This document shows, one piece after another, positions 36,864-47,789 of a DNA stretch of 64,000 bases. The first letter of the stretch is position 1, and each line of letters opens with the position of its first letter. This stretch comes from a virus (taxonomy: Duplodnaviria > Caudoviricetes), in IMG/VR virus record IMGVR_UViG_3300013121_000020, positions 64,001 through 128,000 of that record, one strand, 5' to 3'. The translations under genes and the position numbers were made by a program. The notes under the pieces are model-generated. The model saw only the letters and a list, made by a program, of their open reading frames with translations. It was not told where the DNA came from and did no database searches.

Positions 36864-38864
36864 ATGATATTGCCTCAGCAAAAGCAGATTATTAAGCGTT
36901 GCCAACAGTCTGTAAGTTGGTTTCTGCGTAATTTTGGCAAATTAAAGCATCCGTCTGCTGGTATATTGCAATTCTACCCATTTTCATATCAAAGAAATGC
37001 GATACGTGCTTTTCGTAAGAATAGATTTAATATTTTTAGAAAATGTCGTCAAGCTGGTATTTCGAAGATTGCTGGCGCATTCGCGTTGTGGTTTGGGATG
37101 TTTTATTCGCATAAAACAATTTTAATTGTGTCGCGTACTGATAGTACGGCTATGGAATTTTTACGTGATCAGATTTTGTTTTTATATGATAATTTACCAG
37201 AATGGATAAAGGAGATTTGGAAACCAGTTAAAAGAAATGACCATGAATTGTATTTTCCAAATGGCTCAAAGATTAAAAGTCTTACCAGCCATCCAGATGT
37301 TCTTAGATCAAATGCGTCATCGTTGAATATTATTGATGAGGCTGCATTTATTCCAAACATGGATGCGATGTGGGCTGGTGGATGGCCAACATTGCAACAT
37401 GGTGGTAATGTTATAGTTATTTCAACATGTAATGGTATTGGCGATTGGTATTGGGCAACAACCACAGACGCTGAAGCTGGCGTAAACCAATTCAATCCTG
37501 TCACTGTTAACTGGTGGGATATGGATTGGGTAATTGAATATGTTGATGCGTTGTCACAGGAGCATCGAAGAATTGCGCCGCGTGATGGAATAGTTCCATG
37601 TGACAATTCAGTTATTACTCATGAAAAATTTGGAGAAGTTAAATTAGACCCGGTTCGATATGGTCCATATTGGTCGCCGTGGCTTGAGGATCAATATCGC
37701 GCCTTGCAAGCTAAAAATGAAGCGTGGAAATTTGAACAAGAAATTCTTGCATCATTTATTGGTTCAGGTAATACAGTTATAAGTAAAGAAGTGTTGGCAC
37801 ACGTCCAAACAACGGTATGTGAACCAGTTTATAAAGTGCGTGGAACTCAAACTTATGTTCACCCACAAACTGGTATGGCTGAAGAATTAAGTTTCGACTT
37901 TGATGATCCAAATGAAGGATTATGGGTGTGGTCGAAGCCGATTCTTGCAACTCCGATGAAGAAGATCGGCAATCAAGTTATTGAACATGGGCGACCAGCA
38001 CATTCTTATGTAATGGGTATTGATATATCAACAGGAAAGAGTAAAGATTATTCAGCCATTGAAGTATTCGATGTTGATACTTTGGAACAAGTCGCTGAAT
38101 TTATGGCGCGGTGTTTGCCGCGTGAACTTGTGCGATATGTTGATCGTATTGGACGTTGGTATAATTGCGCGTTGGCGGTTGTGGAGCGTAATAATGGTGG
38201 TGACATTTTAATTGATTCGTTACGTTATGATGTATTATATCCACGAATCTGGCGTAAAAAGGATATTAATGATAAGCCAAAACCGCAAAGTGGCCGATCA
38301 CGACAACGACCGTTGAAAGTATCACCGTATGGATTTGCAACAACAGTTGCATCAAAGCCATTGTTAAATAAATTATTGATGGATTATATTAGGGCTGTTG
38401 ATGGTGACGGATATAAAATTTTTAGTAAACGTTTATTAAAACAATTCTACACATATGTTCGAAAACGTGATAGATCAGGAAGGGACACCGCCAAAACAGA
38501 GGCCGAAGATGGAGCAGGAAACTATGACGATTTAGTCATGGCGTGTGGGTTGGGGCTTGTTGGGGCAGCAGATGCATTTACTATAGATTCTAGCAATTTA
38601 ATGCCGATGAATGGCGATGGGGATTTTAAATCTCAAAGTGGTCCTATTATTATGTCCGATGAATCTAGGGCCGCAATTCAGAGTGAATATGCAGCTCGTG
38701 GTGGGCCTAGCATTTTGATGCCGATGGCATTATCACCAGCAGATTTTCCAGAAGCATCGGCTCAACGTCAACTTGATGCATATACTATGCAACTTGGCGG
38801 TATTCCTATAAGCCAAGGTAAACCATTAGTATCACCACGAAAATACTTTTTTGAGAAAGATTAA
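36864..38864 (+). CDS. terL: terminase large subunit, gp17-like
   Basis: FYPFSYQ, KCRQAGIS, IIDEAAF, VISTCNG, FEQE, MGIDISTG..DYS, ERNN.G, YDDLVMA. Confidence 0.95.
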   Translation: MILPQQKQIIKRCQQSVSWFLRNFGKLKHPSAGILQFYPFSYQRNAIRAFRKNRFNIFRKCRQAGISKIAGAFALWFGMFYSHKTILIVSRTDSTAMEFLRDQILFLYDNLPEWIKEIWKPVKRNDHELYFPNGSKIKSLTSHPDVLRSNASSLNIIDEAAFIPNMDAMWAGGWPTLQHGGNVIVISTCNGIGDWYWATTTDAEAGVNQFNPVTVNWWDMDWVIEYVDALSQEHRRIAPRDGIVPCDNSVITHEKFGEVKLDPVRYGPYWSPWLEDQYRALQAKNEAWKFEQEILASFIGSGNTVISKEVLAHVQTTVCEPVYKVRGTQTYVHPQTGMAEELSFDFDDPNEGLWVWSKPILATPMKKIGNQVIEHGRPAHSYVMGIDISTGKSKDYSAIEVFDVDTLEQVAEFMARCLPRELVRYVDRIGRWYNCALAVVERNNGGDILIDSLRYDVLYPRIWRKKDINDKPKPQSGRSRQRPLKVSPYGFATTVASKPLLNKLLMDYIRAVDGDGYKIFSKRLLKQFYTYVRKRDRSGRDTAKTEAEDGAGNYDDLVMACGLGLVGAADAFTIDSSNLMPMNGDGDFKSQSGPIIMSDESRAAIQSEYAARGGPSILMPMALSPADFPEASAQRQLDAYTMQLGGIPISQGKPLVSPRKYFFEKD

Positions 38865-39346
38865 TTGCCATAATAATTAAGGAATGGAGAATCGATACTC
38901 CATTCACGTCCGTCTGTTTCAAATCCATATTTATTTTCTAAATATTTTGCAAGTTTTTTGTTTACAACCCATACTCTAATATATGAACCATCGACTTCGT
39001 GACGTAAACTTCGATAATGTTTTAATGCTGCTTCGATTAATTTAGGTCCAATTTTTGAACTCGTCATTCCAGTTGCTCGTGCGTTATGTGCAACAGCTAT
39101 GTCAAAATCGAAACGATATATATCTTTATCAAATTGAGTGCTATATTCATCATCTCGTGTGAATGACGACCATACTGCACCTACTGGTTGTTCGTTTGCA
39201 AATGCGACTAATGTCAATTCTTTTTCTCTGGATATGTATATGTCTGATTCTTTTGCGATTTTATAACATAATTCACCAATATTTGAATTATCATAATCAT
39301 CGTAATAAGAAATGGTTATTGATTCGGTGATTGTTGTTAGTTTCAT
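38861..39346 (-). CDS. GNAT-family acetyltransferase with a putative capsid-targeting leader
   Basis: VGAVW, FDFDIAV...R...IGPKLI, VVNKKLAKYLENKYGF; N-terminus MKLTTITE; GCAAAAATA on the minus strand at 39372-39380. Confidence 0.7.
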   Translation of the reverse strand: MKLTTITESITISYYDDYDNSNIGELCYKIAKESDIYISREKELTLVAFANEQPVGAVWSSFTRDDEYSTQFDKDIYRFDFDIAVAHNARATGMTSSKIGPKLIEAALKHYRSLRHEVDGSYIRVWVVNKKLAKYLENKYGFETDGREWSIDSPFLNYYGN

Positions 39347-39444
39347 GTTTGTAAATTTATAATATTTTAATTATTTTTGCGATTTAATATAATCGATCAT
39401 TGTGTCTTCAGTAAATATAAATGAACGCATATATGGAGCAATAG

Positions 39445-41346
39445 ATGCCTAGTAATTGGTTGCTATTTGATAGAATTCGTGCACTTACTCGTCAGCATCG
39501 AATCTATAGATTTGAGCGTGTTTTTCAAGATCAATCGCAGATTGATCGTATGTCTTCTGGCAGTGACTTTTTAGATTTTAATAATCAAGCCGCGATTCTT
39601 GACCAAACAAATCTTCAAATTAATAGATTGGAAAGATATAAAGATTATGAGCAGATGGATCAAACTGGTGAAATAAGTCTAGCTCTTGATTTATATGCTG
39701 ATGAAGCTAGCTTGGTCGATCCAGAGAGAAAACATACACTTATTATTCGTGCAAGAAATCGTCGCTTAAAAAGAGAACTTGAAGAATTATTCTTTAATAT
39801 ATTACAATGGGATACTTATTGCAGACCTGCTGTGAGATATCTATGTAAATATGGTGATATGCCATTTGAAGTTATTCTTGATGTTGATAGATCGAGTGTG
39901 GCATCTTTAAAATTCATGAATGTGTATAATTTTACGAGAATTGAGACTAGATATGGTGATTTAATAGGCTTCTTTCATATGGATACAATGTGGCCACGGC
40001 CACAATTTATGCATCCGTGGCAAGTAATACATTTGAGATTGACAAGTTTTGAAAATATATACCACCCATATGGTAAATCTATTATAGATGGTGGTCGTAA
40101 AGCATTTAAACAATTGCGTTTAATGGAAGATGCAGCATTAATTTATCGTATTACTCGTGCGCCTGAAAAACGTAAATTTACTATTCCTGTCGGAACAATT
40201 CCTCCCGCTGAAATTCCAGAATATATGCAAATGATTGCACGAAATTTTAAGCGTCAAAGATTTTATAATCCAACTACTGGATCATTTGATGAGAGATATT
40301 CGCCGTTAATTCAGGAAGATGATTTCTTTTTGCCACGTCGCCCTGATGGAACTGGCCCAGATGTTGATGTTTTACCGGGCGGTGAAAATGTTGATAAAAT
40401 TGCTGATATTGAATATTTCAAGAAGAAAATGGTATCACCCACAAAAATTCCGTTTGCGCGAGTTGGTATTGGTGAAGGATCTGGAGAGGCATCAGAGAAA
40501 TCATTATCACAATCGCATTCTGAATTTTCAAAAGCTGTGCAATGGGTGCAAAGAGAAGTTGCAACTGGTCTTAAGAAAGTTGCTATTATTCATTTAGCAT
40601 TGCGTGGATATTCTGTTGAAGACTTAAAAGGATTTGAAATAGCTTTAACAGCGACATCAGCGATGGAGGAGTTGTATCGTATAGAAACATGGCAAACAAG
40701 AGTTGGCGTAATGGCCGATTTGAAGGAATTAGGTTGGTTTCCAAAAGAATGGATCACCACCCATTTTACTGATTTATCACCAGATGAAATTGAAGAATTA
40801 AAAGATATGGAAATTGATGCTACTGATGATGGTACTAATGTGTCTGGTGGAGGTGGTGGTCTTGATATACCACCATCATCGGAAGGTGAAATGCCGACTC
40901 CTGATTTAGCTGCCGCAGCGGGTCAAGTTCCTCAAGAATCAGCATTACCCGGATATGATATAGAATCTGAGAAAAGACTGTTGCGCGAATTTAAGAATAG
41001 TAATAATAAAGCTGGTGTGAAAGATATATTGCAAAAATGGGCGGCAAGGCTTGGTAAGTCATTATTTGTTGAAGAGCGTGAATTTAGAAGTGGGTTTCAA
41101 CATATTTTAGAATCGAAAGAGCTTGATGGTTTGTCAAGGACTGTTCCACAAAAAACTGACGATATGATCTACGATCCACAGAATGATGAGGGACTTTTAG
41201 TCGAATGGTCTGTGAAGAAGGATATACGAGATGAAGTTATCAAGGAAGTATATGATGTTATTACTGCCGGTGCCGATAATCAAACGATAATTGAAGATGG
41301 TGACGTAACTGATGATGATTTGCGGGCTGTAGTTAGCGATTTGTGA
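39445..41346 (+). CDS. portal protein, gp20-like
   Basis: KQLRLMEDAALIYRITRAPEKR, EDDFFLPRR, LPGG, DIEYFKKK. Confidence 0.95.
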   Translation: MPSNWLLFDRIRALTRQHRIYRFERVFQDQSQIDRMSSGSDFLDFNNQAAILDQTNLQINRLERYKDYEQMDQTGEISLALDLYADEASLVDPERKHTLIIRARNRRLKRELEELFFNILQWDTYCRPAVRYLCKYGDMPFEVILDVDRSSVASLKFMNVYNFTRIETRYGDLIGFFHMDTMWPRPQFMHPWQVIHLRLTSFENIYHPYGKSIIDGGRKAFKQLRLMEDAALIYRITRAPEKRKFTIPVGTIPPAEIPEYMQMIARNFKRQRFYNPTTGSFDERYSPLIQEDDFFLPRRPDGTGPDVDVLPGGENVDKIADIEYFKKKMVSPTKIPFARVGIGEGSGEASEKSLSQSHSEFSKAVQWVQREVATGLKKVAIIHLALRGYSVEDLKGFEIALTATSAMEELYRIETWQTRVGVMADLKELGWFPKEWITTHFTDLSPDEIEELKDMEIDATDDGTNVSGGGGGLDIPPSSEGEMPTPDLAAAAGQVPQESALPGYDIESEKRLLREFKNSNNKAGVKDILQKWAARLGKSLFVEEREFRSGFQHILESKELDGLSRTVPQKTDDMIYDPQNDEGLLVEWSVKKDIRDEVIKEVYDVITAGADNQTIIEDGDVTDDDLRAVVSDL

Positions 41347-41417
41347 GATGGTTATGGTGTTAGCAAAACTACTAGTATAGACAGCAAAAATTTTCAATTG
41401 ATCAGGAGTTTATATCA

Positions 41418-44264
41418 ATGGCACAGAATCAGAATTCTGGAGTTGTCCAAACACTTAAAATGGACAGCCGCAAATTCTTGAGTGCCCTCAATGACAGTGC
41501 ACAAGCTAAAATCGCGTTCTTCGAAGAGCGGGTCAAACAAATGGGCCAGCAAATCGGTAAGAACTGGCGATTGACTGCTTTAAATGCACGCGACTTATTC
41601 ATTGAGGATGTTGACACTCATAATTACTTTATCGCAAATCACGCTCGTGATCATGGTAAAGTAACGATTACAAATGTTCGACCAATTAATATTGTTGAAG
41701 GTGAGAAAAAAGAACTTTTTGAAGATGCGGCTTTAAAATTGGTCACTGCGCTTGAATCGAACAATCAAAAAGACATGGCTGCTGCGTTTAATCGCTTGAA
41801 AGCACAGCGATTTTCTAGCCGCGCTGTGCCATATTCAGGTCTTGTTCGATGTCGAGATGGTGTCCGACGTCATATCACAATTGCTAGTGAATCCTCATTA
41901 AGTGAGGATACGCGAGAACGACTGATTGCTGCTATCGTGGAAGGATTGCGTGACCGTGTGATTGTAGAAAACAATCACGTAGTTGCTGGATATTTTGATC
42001 AAGAACGTATCTCGCTTCCAGTTACGAAATGGGGTGCTCGTAAACAAGTTGCGCGTAGAATGCGGGATGTTGCTTCTAATGCTTATTGGTCTGAAGGATT
42101 CCAGACACGCATTTATGGTCTTGCCAAATTAATTAGTGAAGGTAAGATTGAAGAAGCTGTCAGTGGTGTAACCACATTCTTGGATGATATGGAAGAGTTC
42201 ACCTTACTAACGCGAAATCAGACACAAACTCTGATTGAGAACGCTCTTGCCGCAAAAGCTGTTTTTAATCAGCAGTTATGTAATGATACCGCAACATTGT
42301 TTCATCGTACCAATTTAAAGGTTAACAAGTCGAAAATCGTTGAAGAATGGCGCAAAATTGCCAAAGTGTCAGAGCATTCTGTGCTTGCTGAGAATGTTCA
42401 CATTTTGGAACAATCAAAGAACTTCGAAGCGTCATATGATAAATTCTTAAAGATTATTTTCGAAACTATAAGCAATAGAGAAGTAGCGGCGGAAGCTCTC
42501 GCCACGACTCTTGATGTACTTCGGAATAAAACTCCGAAGATTAAAGAGTCGCATGAATTATCAAGTAAACTTAATGGACTTATTAGCCGTTTGAAGCAAC
42601 GCAATTTTGATGATGCAGCAATTTATGAAGCAGAAGATTTGATTGCTACAATTCAAGAAGAATTGTCTGCAACTGATACATTAAGCAACTTTGATCAAAT
42701 GCCAGGCGATAATGATATGATCGATACTGGCAGCACCAGCGGAACTGGAACACCAAGTGGTGCTCCAGTAATTAACATTAATTCTCCATTGATTCAAATT
42801 GGTGGTCAATCTAGCGGTGGACCGCCACAAGATTCTACACCACCACTTGCACCAGATGGGGCTGGTGATCCTGAGTTGGACGCGCTTCTTGGGGATGATG
42901 ACCAAGCACCAGCACCAGCGCCAACACCGCCTCCATCTCCGCAATCAAACACTCCTATGCCCGGACAGCAGGCTAATCCTTTAGCTGCTCAGAATATGCC
43001 AATGCAGAATCCTTTAATGCAGAGCATCGAACGTAATGGTAGATCAATTTCTGAATCGAATGATATGTATGCTCTCCGCGATGGTGAAATGGTTGTGGCA
43101 GAAGGATTGAAATTCACCGATTATGGTGCGCCAGTAATCACCGATGATGGCGATCTGGATAAGATTATCAGAATAATGTACCGTTTGGCTACTGAGCATA
43201 AATTGGTTGGTAAGGCGCTTCAAGAGAATTTGGAAAAGATGGCTAGCGCCTCTATTAAGGCAAGTGGTCTTCGTATCCCATCAGGTAAGTTTAATAATGC
43301 GATTGATCAAGTTGTCAATCGATTTACTGAAGAATGGGAAAAGCCTTGGTTAAAGAATGATGAAGAGGAATGTGAGGATGATGAGTGTGATGAAGGAGTT
43401 CAAGAGGATCAATATAAAACACCAGTTATAAAGCCGCGTGGATTAGGACGTTCTAGAATCAGCAAGAAAAATGTGTCTGAAAGCATTTCTTGGGGTCAGA
43501 CTCAAGATGATGCTATGCTTGGCGAATTTGCTGGTGTGAAATTCATTTTTGATCATGGTGGCGCTGATGATAATTTGAGACCGGTAATATTGAGCGAAGA
43601 TGCTTCAATAGAGATTCCAATTCCAGAGCATCTATATGATGATGCTTTTGCTGCTGCCAAGATGACGGTTGGTGACGGGTCTAAATTTATTAAATGGCTT
43701 TCGGAATCAATTGAACAGATACGACCAGTAACTGATATTGAAAATAAAATGTTAGATGAAGCTGTTGCCAGAATTACTGCTGGACCTGGTGGCACATTAT
43801 CTGTTGAAGTGAGTGATGATGTTGAAGTTAATGAAATAGATGATGTTGATACGACAAGTGATGAGCCAGAAATGGCACCTGTAGACACGACCAGTGTTGA
43901 TGTTGTCGGTGGTGATACGATGGATGCTGGGGTTGATGATGATACAATGCCAGATTTTGAAAGCGATGAAACAGCGAATCAATTCGGTGATGGAGCCGAT
44001 GAAGTTGATGGTAATGTTGAGGAAGCTGATGATGAAGTTGACGAAGAAGTTGACGAAGAAGAATCGATGCAATTTGAAGATAAAGATATTACCACTCCAC
44101 AAAGTAGTAAGTATACTACTCATGTACGTGATAACAAGCGCAAGATGCCTGAAGTGAAAATGCCAGGAAAAACGAGTGATCGTTTAGAATCGATTGGTCC
44201 AGATCTAAAAGTAGATGATGGGTCTGGTACGAAGCCACCAACGGCGAAAAAGAGTGATGATTGA
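41418..44264 (+). CDS. large acidic prohead core / head protein
   Basis: 948 aa between portal and protease; Pro-rich and Asp/Glu-rich low-complexity stretches; AGGAG SD; GCAAAACTA at 41363. Confidence 0.6.
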   Translation: MAQNQNSGVVQTLKMDSRKFLSALNDSAQAKIAFFEERVKQMGQQIGKNWRLTALNARDLFIEDVDTHNYFIANHARDHGKVTITNVRPINIVEGEKKELFEDAALKLVTALESNNQKDMAAAFNRLKAQRFSSRAVPYSGLVRCRDGVRRHITIASESSLSEDTRERLIAAIVEGLRDRVIVENNHVVAGYFDQERISLPVTKWGARKQVARRMRDVASNAYWSEGFQTRIYGLAKLISEGKIEEAVSGVTTFLDDMEEFTLLTRNQTQTLIENALAAKAVFNQQLCNDTATLFHRTNLKVNKSKIVEEWRKIAKVSEHSVLAENVHILEQSKNFEASYDKFLKIIFETISNREVAAEALATTLDVLRNKTPKIKESHELSSKLNGLISRLKQRNFDDAAIYEAEDLIATIQEELSATDTLSNFDQMPGDNDMIDTGSTSGTGTPSGAPVININSPLIQIGGQSSGGPPQDSTPPLAPDGAGDPELDALLGDDDQAPAPAPTPPPSPQSNTPMPGQQANPLAAQNMPMQNPLMQSIERNGRSISESNDMYALRDGEMVVAEGLKFTDYGAPVITDDGDLDKIIRIMYRLATEHKLVGKALQENLEKMASASIKASGLRIPSGKFNNAIDQVVNRFTEEWEKPWLKNDEEECEDDECDEGVQEDQYKTPVIKPRGLGRSRISKKNVSESISWGQTQDDAMLGEFAGVKFIFDHGGADDNLRPVILSEDASIEIPIPEHLYDDAFAAAKMTVGDGSKFIKWLSESIEQIRPVTDIENKMLDEAVARITAGPGGTLSVEVSDDVEVNEIDDVDTTSDEPEMAPVDTTSVDVVGGDTMDAGVDDDTMPDFESDETANQFGDGADEVDGNVEEADDEVDEEVDEEESMQFEDKDITTPQSSKYTTHVRDNKRKMPEVKMPGKTSDRLESIGPDLKVDDGSGTKPPTAKKSDD

Positions 44265-44291
44265 GGCTGTTAGAAAATATTATAGGAGCCA

Positions 44292-46214
44292 ATGATGTTA
44301 CCTAGTCGCCGTCGGTTGATTTCTGAAAGCAGAAAAAGCGATCATCGCATTGATCGTGCGATGATCGCTGAAACTGGTGTGATTCCAGCTGGCATGCAGT
44401 TTATACGCGATACGTTTCCATTTGATGTTGTTGATAAGAAAGATGTGATGGTAGAAGATGCGCATGGACGTGAGATGCCGATAATGAGAGTTACTGGGTT
44501 GATTCAGAATGGAGATGTTCAAAATGCTAATGGACGTTTCTATTCTACAAATGATGTACTAGCTCCAGCCGTGAAGTCTATTCAAGAGGATGTTAGTAAA
44601 CGCGCTGTGATGGGCGAGTTTGACCATCCGTGTAGATTAAATCCAGACTTTAAGGTTTTGACTCTCGATGGTTGGAAAAAATTCGTCGATATAAAAATAG
44701 GCGATTTAGTTTGGTCTAGAGTTAATGGAAATGCTGTTGCTTCGATGGTGACTGAAATTATAGATGAACCATATGATGGCCCAGCATATCGCATTTTTAA
44801 TAATAATATATGCGATGAATATACTCCTGGGCATAAATTAGTTTTACTTCCGCGTCAAGATCGTGGTATAAAAACGACTGAAGAATATGCCACAATAGAA
44901 TATATTTATCAAAATAGATCACAATTTAAAAAGTATTCGATTCCAAAAACAGCTAACTGGTCTGAAACGGAAATTTCTGATGTTGTCATTGGTGGTGTGA
45001 CAGTTGAAAAATCGATTGCGTTGAATAAACCGCATTTATGTAATGATTTGGTTATTGATCAGAAAAAATTCTGTATGTTTTTAGGTCTTTATTTGTCTGA
45101 AGGCAATATTCAAGGCAATAATGGGTTTATAATCAATCAAACGAATCGTGGTGGAAGAGAAATCATTGAAAATATTTTAAATGATTTACATCCAGAATTA
45201 AAATTTACTACAACCAAACGTGGATTCTATTGTAATGATGCTAGATTGTGTGCTTATTTAAAACCACTTGGAGATAAGTATACTAAATATATTCCTGCAT
45301 CTGTGAAATCATATAATCATCAAGCTTTAGAATGTTTGTTAAAAGGATTTATTCTTGGTGATGGCCGCTCATTGGTCGCTACACGCGGATCGCGTGCGGT
45401 CAGTAATAAACATTATGATCAATATGTAAATACTCTTGATGTTGGTGTTTATAGCCGTCAAGCGATGTTTACTGTTTCTGAACGATTAATTAATGATTTA
45501 CATGAATGTTTAATTAAGTGTGGTTGGTCTGGTCGAATTTCTAAAGTTATTGCTGATGGTGATTGTTTAATTGGCAATCGCGTTATTAAACAAGAAAATA
45601 AGCGTCCATTATATCAATTATATGTTTCAAGAACGAATTCAATTTATTTAGATCAAAGACATACACAAATTGAAAAAATTCATCATTCGGGTCGCATTTA
45701 TTGTTTGTCAGTAACTCATGGCAATTTTTATATGCAAGCTAACGGTTGCTCATATTGGACTGGTAATTGTGATGCGAAGATTCATTTAGACAGAGTTAGC
45801 CATTTGATGACTAAAGTGTGGATGGAGGGTAGAAAAGTTTATGGAGAAGCTGAGATTCTTCATAAACTGCCATGCGGTGCGGCATTGCGTGGATTGTTTG
45901 AACATAAAGTTCGAGTTGGGATATCATCACGCGGCGTTGGTGACATGGAGGTTGTTGAACATAATGGACAAGAAGTGTATAGAGTGATGCCCGGTTATTC
46001 GTTCGTGACATGGGACGCAGTTGCAGAACCATCTGTTGGCGGTGCAATTCTTAATATTCAAGAAGGATTGGTTAAACGTTTACGACCTATCAAAGAAAAG
46101 AAGCATTTATTTTCTGAGGACACTTATCAAGATTTATTAGTTAAAGAAATTAATGATTTCTTTGGTATCTCAAAAAAGAAGATTGTGCCAGTGAAATTAA
46201 TGAGACGTAAATGA
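44292..46214 (+). CDS. prohead protease, gp21-like, interrupted by an intein
   Basis: NANGRFY, GEFDHP, VSH, VGISSRGVG, WDAVAEPS. Confidence 0.93.
   Translation: MMLPSRRRLISESRKSDHRIDRAMIAETGVIPAGMQFIRDTFPFDVVDKKDVMVEDAHGREMPIMRVTGLIQNGDVQNANGRFYSTNDVLAPAVKSIQEDVSKRAVMGEFDHPCRLNPDFKVLTLDGWKKFVDIKIGDLVWSRVNGNAVASMVTEIIDEPYDGPAYRIFNNNICDEYTPGHKLVLLPRQDRGIKTTEEYATIEYIYQNRSQFKKYSIPKTANWSETEISDVVIGGVTVEKSIALNKPHLCNDLVIDQKKFCMFLGLYLSEGNIQGNNGFIINQTNRGGREIIENILNDLHPELKFTTTKRGFYCNDARLCAYLKPLGDKYTKYIPASVKSYNHQALECLLKGFILGDGRSLVATRGSRAVSNKHYDQYVNTLDVGVYSRQAMFTVSERLINDLHECLIKCGWSGRISKVIADGDCLIGNRVIKQENKRPLYQLYVSRTNSIYLDQRHTQIEKIHHSGRIYCLSVTHGNFYMQANGCSYWTGNCDAKIHLDRVSHLMTKVWMEGRKVYGEAEILHKLPCGAALRGLFEHKVRVGISSRGVGDMEVVEHNGQEVYRVMPGYSFVTWDAVAEPSVGGAILNIQEGLVKRLRPIKEKKHLFSEDTYQDLLVKEINDFFGISKKKIVPVKLMRRK
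44631..45767 (+). mobile_element. intein (379 aa) with LAGLIDADG homing endonuclease
   Basis: begins CRLNPDFKVLT.DGWK; block B YTPGHK; FLGLYLSEG and LLKGFILGDG; ends IYCLSVTHGNFY..WTGN followed by +1 Cys; removal restores HP/CDAKIHLDRVSH. Confidence 0.92.
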
Positions 46215-46215
46215 T

Positions 46216-46995
46216 ATGAGCGTGCAACCAGATTTAATCGATCAAGTTGCGATGTTATTAACTGAAGATCCTACCATAATTTTGGAATGGCGCGCTAAAC
46301 CATATATTAACCCAGATGTGTTCTATACTGAACCTGGTGCAGTACCATTCATATACACAACAGATGGCCAGATCTTTTATGGATTATCTGAATATGATAG
46401 TCATTGGGAAATACTTGAGAATAATCGGATTTTAATTAAAAGATATCGTTTAGAAAAATTGTTTGGTTTTGATTATGAACATGGACATGGATATCCTGAT
46501 TTTGAGGATATTAGTAGCAGCCCACGCAATATTATGATGGAAAGTGGTGATTTATTGGGACGTATCGGGTATCAAGACGATGATATGATAGTTTCATTTT
46601 GGAATATTGATAAAAATGATTATGAACGTTCGTTGGAATCGTGCCTTAAACGATTGATCACAGATAATAAAATTAATTCATCAGCATTTATATCAACTCC
46701 AGTACACAAAACAATTCCAATTTCTGCGATTGCGAATATTGAAGTTGATGAGATTGACCCAGAAATGCGAAAACAAGTTGAATTGTATCGCAAGCTTCAT
46801 TTGTTGCGTGGCGATGAGAAGAAAAATGCTATGCGTCAGCTTGGAGTTGGATGGACGCAACAAACGCAACATCCAATGCAAACAGCGATGCGGCAATCTG
46901 GGTCAATTGGTCCTGGTCAGAAATGGTGGGCTACAACATCGGAAGATGTTGTGTCACAGATAGCGGCGCTTCTTACTGATACTCTAAACTACTAA
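46216..46995 (+). CDS. hypothetical protein, paralog of 53884..54564, putative internal head protein
   Basis: shared DLLGR.G, SFWN, FISTP.H.TIP, LHL.R, PG.KWWA.TSE motifs. Confidence 0.7.
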   Translation: MSVQPDLIDQVAMLLTEDPTIILEWRAKPYINPDVFYTEPGAVPFIYTTDGQIFYGLSEYDSHWEILENNRILIKRYRLEKLFGFDYEHGHGYPDFEDISSSPRNIMMESGDLLGRIGYQDDDMIVSFWNIDKNDYERSLESCLKRLITDNKINSSAFISTPVHKTIPISAIANIEVDEIDPEMRKQVELYRKLHLLRGDEKKNAMRQLGVGWTQQTQHPMQTAMRQSGSIGPGQKWWATTSEDVVSQIAALLTDTLNY

Positions 46996-47043
46996 GTTCA
47001 AGCAAAAATAACTGCAACGAACTGCTATTGAGGGGTTGTTATC

Positions 47044-47760
47044 ATGCAAAAGATTCTTGATCTTCTTGTTAAGGCCGGTTGCAAATCAGAATTGGTTGAT
47101 GCAATCGGAGAAGCACTAGAAGAATATAAAACAACTGTTAATGAGCAGTTCGAGGCTGATTACACCGCTAAGGTGGAACAGGCCAAGAAAGTTTGTGTCG
47201 AAGAGACTGAGGCCCATAAACGGGAATTAGCTCGTCGCCTTCAAATTTTCTTGGAAACGAAGGATGCTGCAATCAATGCTCATCTTGCGCGTCAATCGGC
47301 TATTGGCGAATCCGAGGCATTGTCCAAGCTTCGTAATGTGAAATCCCTATTAGAGGGAGTTGAAGTGAATGGACAATCCAATAACGGACAAGTCACAGCC
47401 GCACTAGAAAATGCGAAGAGACAGATCAAGCAGCTGACTGAGGAACGTGATCGAGCAATAACGGTGGCCAATCGTCAAAACTCAATCGCTGAAAGCGTGT
47501 TGGGACGTAATCGACAATTGGTCAAAGAAAATGCTCGATTGAAAGCTTCTAGTGGTAAAACTGTTAGACAGGTAACAGAAGGACGCACTAGAATCGACGG
47601 CACACGACGCACTCAACAATCAACGACAACGAGGTCGACAATTGTTGAAAACCAAACTCGTCGTCCTCCAGTTGATGCACAACCAGCAAATGTAAAAACC
47701 AACACCCCAGGTTTTAGAGTTGCTGATATTGCAGAAATCATGGATGACGATCTAATCTAA
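47044..47760 (+). CDS. prohead scaffold protein, gp22-like
   Basis: coiled coil directly upstream of the major capsid gene; GAGGGG SD; GCAAAAATA at 47002. Confidence 0.75.
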   Translation: MQKILDLLVKAGCKSELVDAIGEALEEYKTTVNEQFEADYTAKVEQAKKVCVEETEAHKRELARRLQIFLETKDAAINAHLARQSAIGESEALSKLRNVKSLLEGVEVNGQSNNGQVTAALENAKRQIKQLTEERDRAITVANRQNSIAESVLGRNRQLVKENARLKASSGKTVRQVTEGRTRIDGTRRTQQSTTTRSTIVENQTRRPPVDAQPANVKTNTPGFRVADIAEIMDDDLI

Positions 47761-47789
47761 AAAACGTACTCAATAATATATTTGGAGAT

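Noticed and set aside
37035-37075. Terminase Walker A lacking GKS/T (RQAGISK)
   Set aside because: RQxGIS/T variants occur in T4-like large-phage terminases, and all other motifs are intact
42720-44070. Pro-rich and Asp/Glu-rich low-complexity DNA
   Set aside because: Explained by disordered linkers of the prohead core protein; not a separate repeat element
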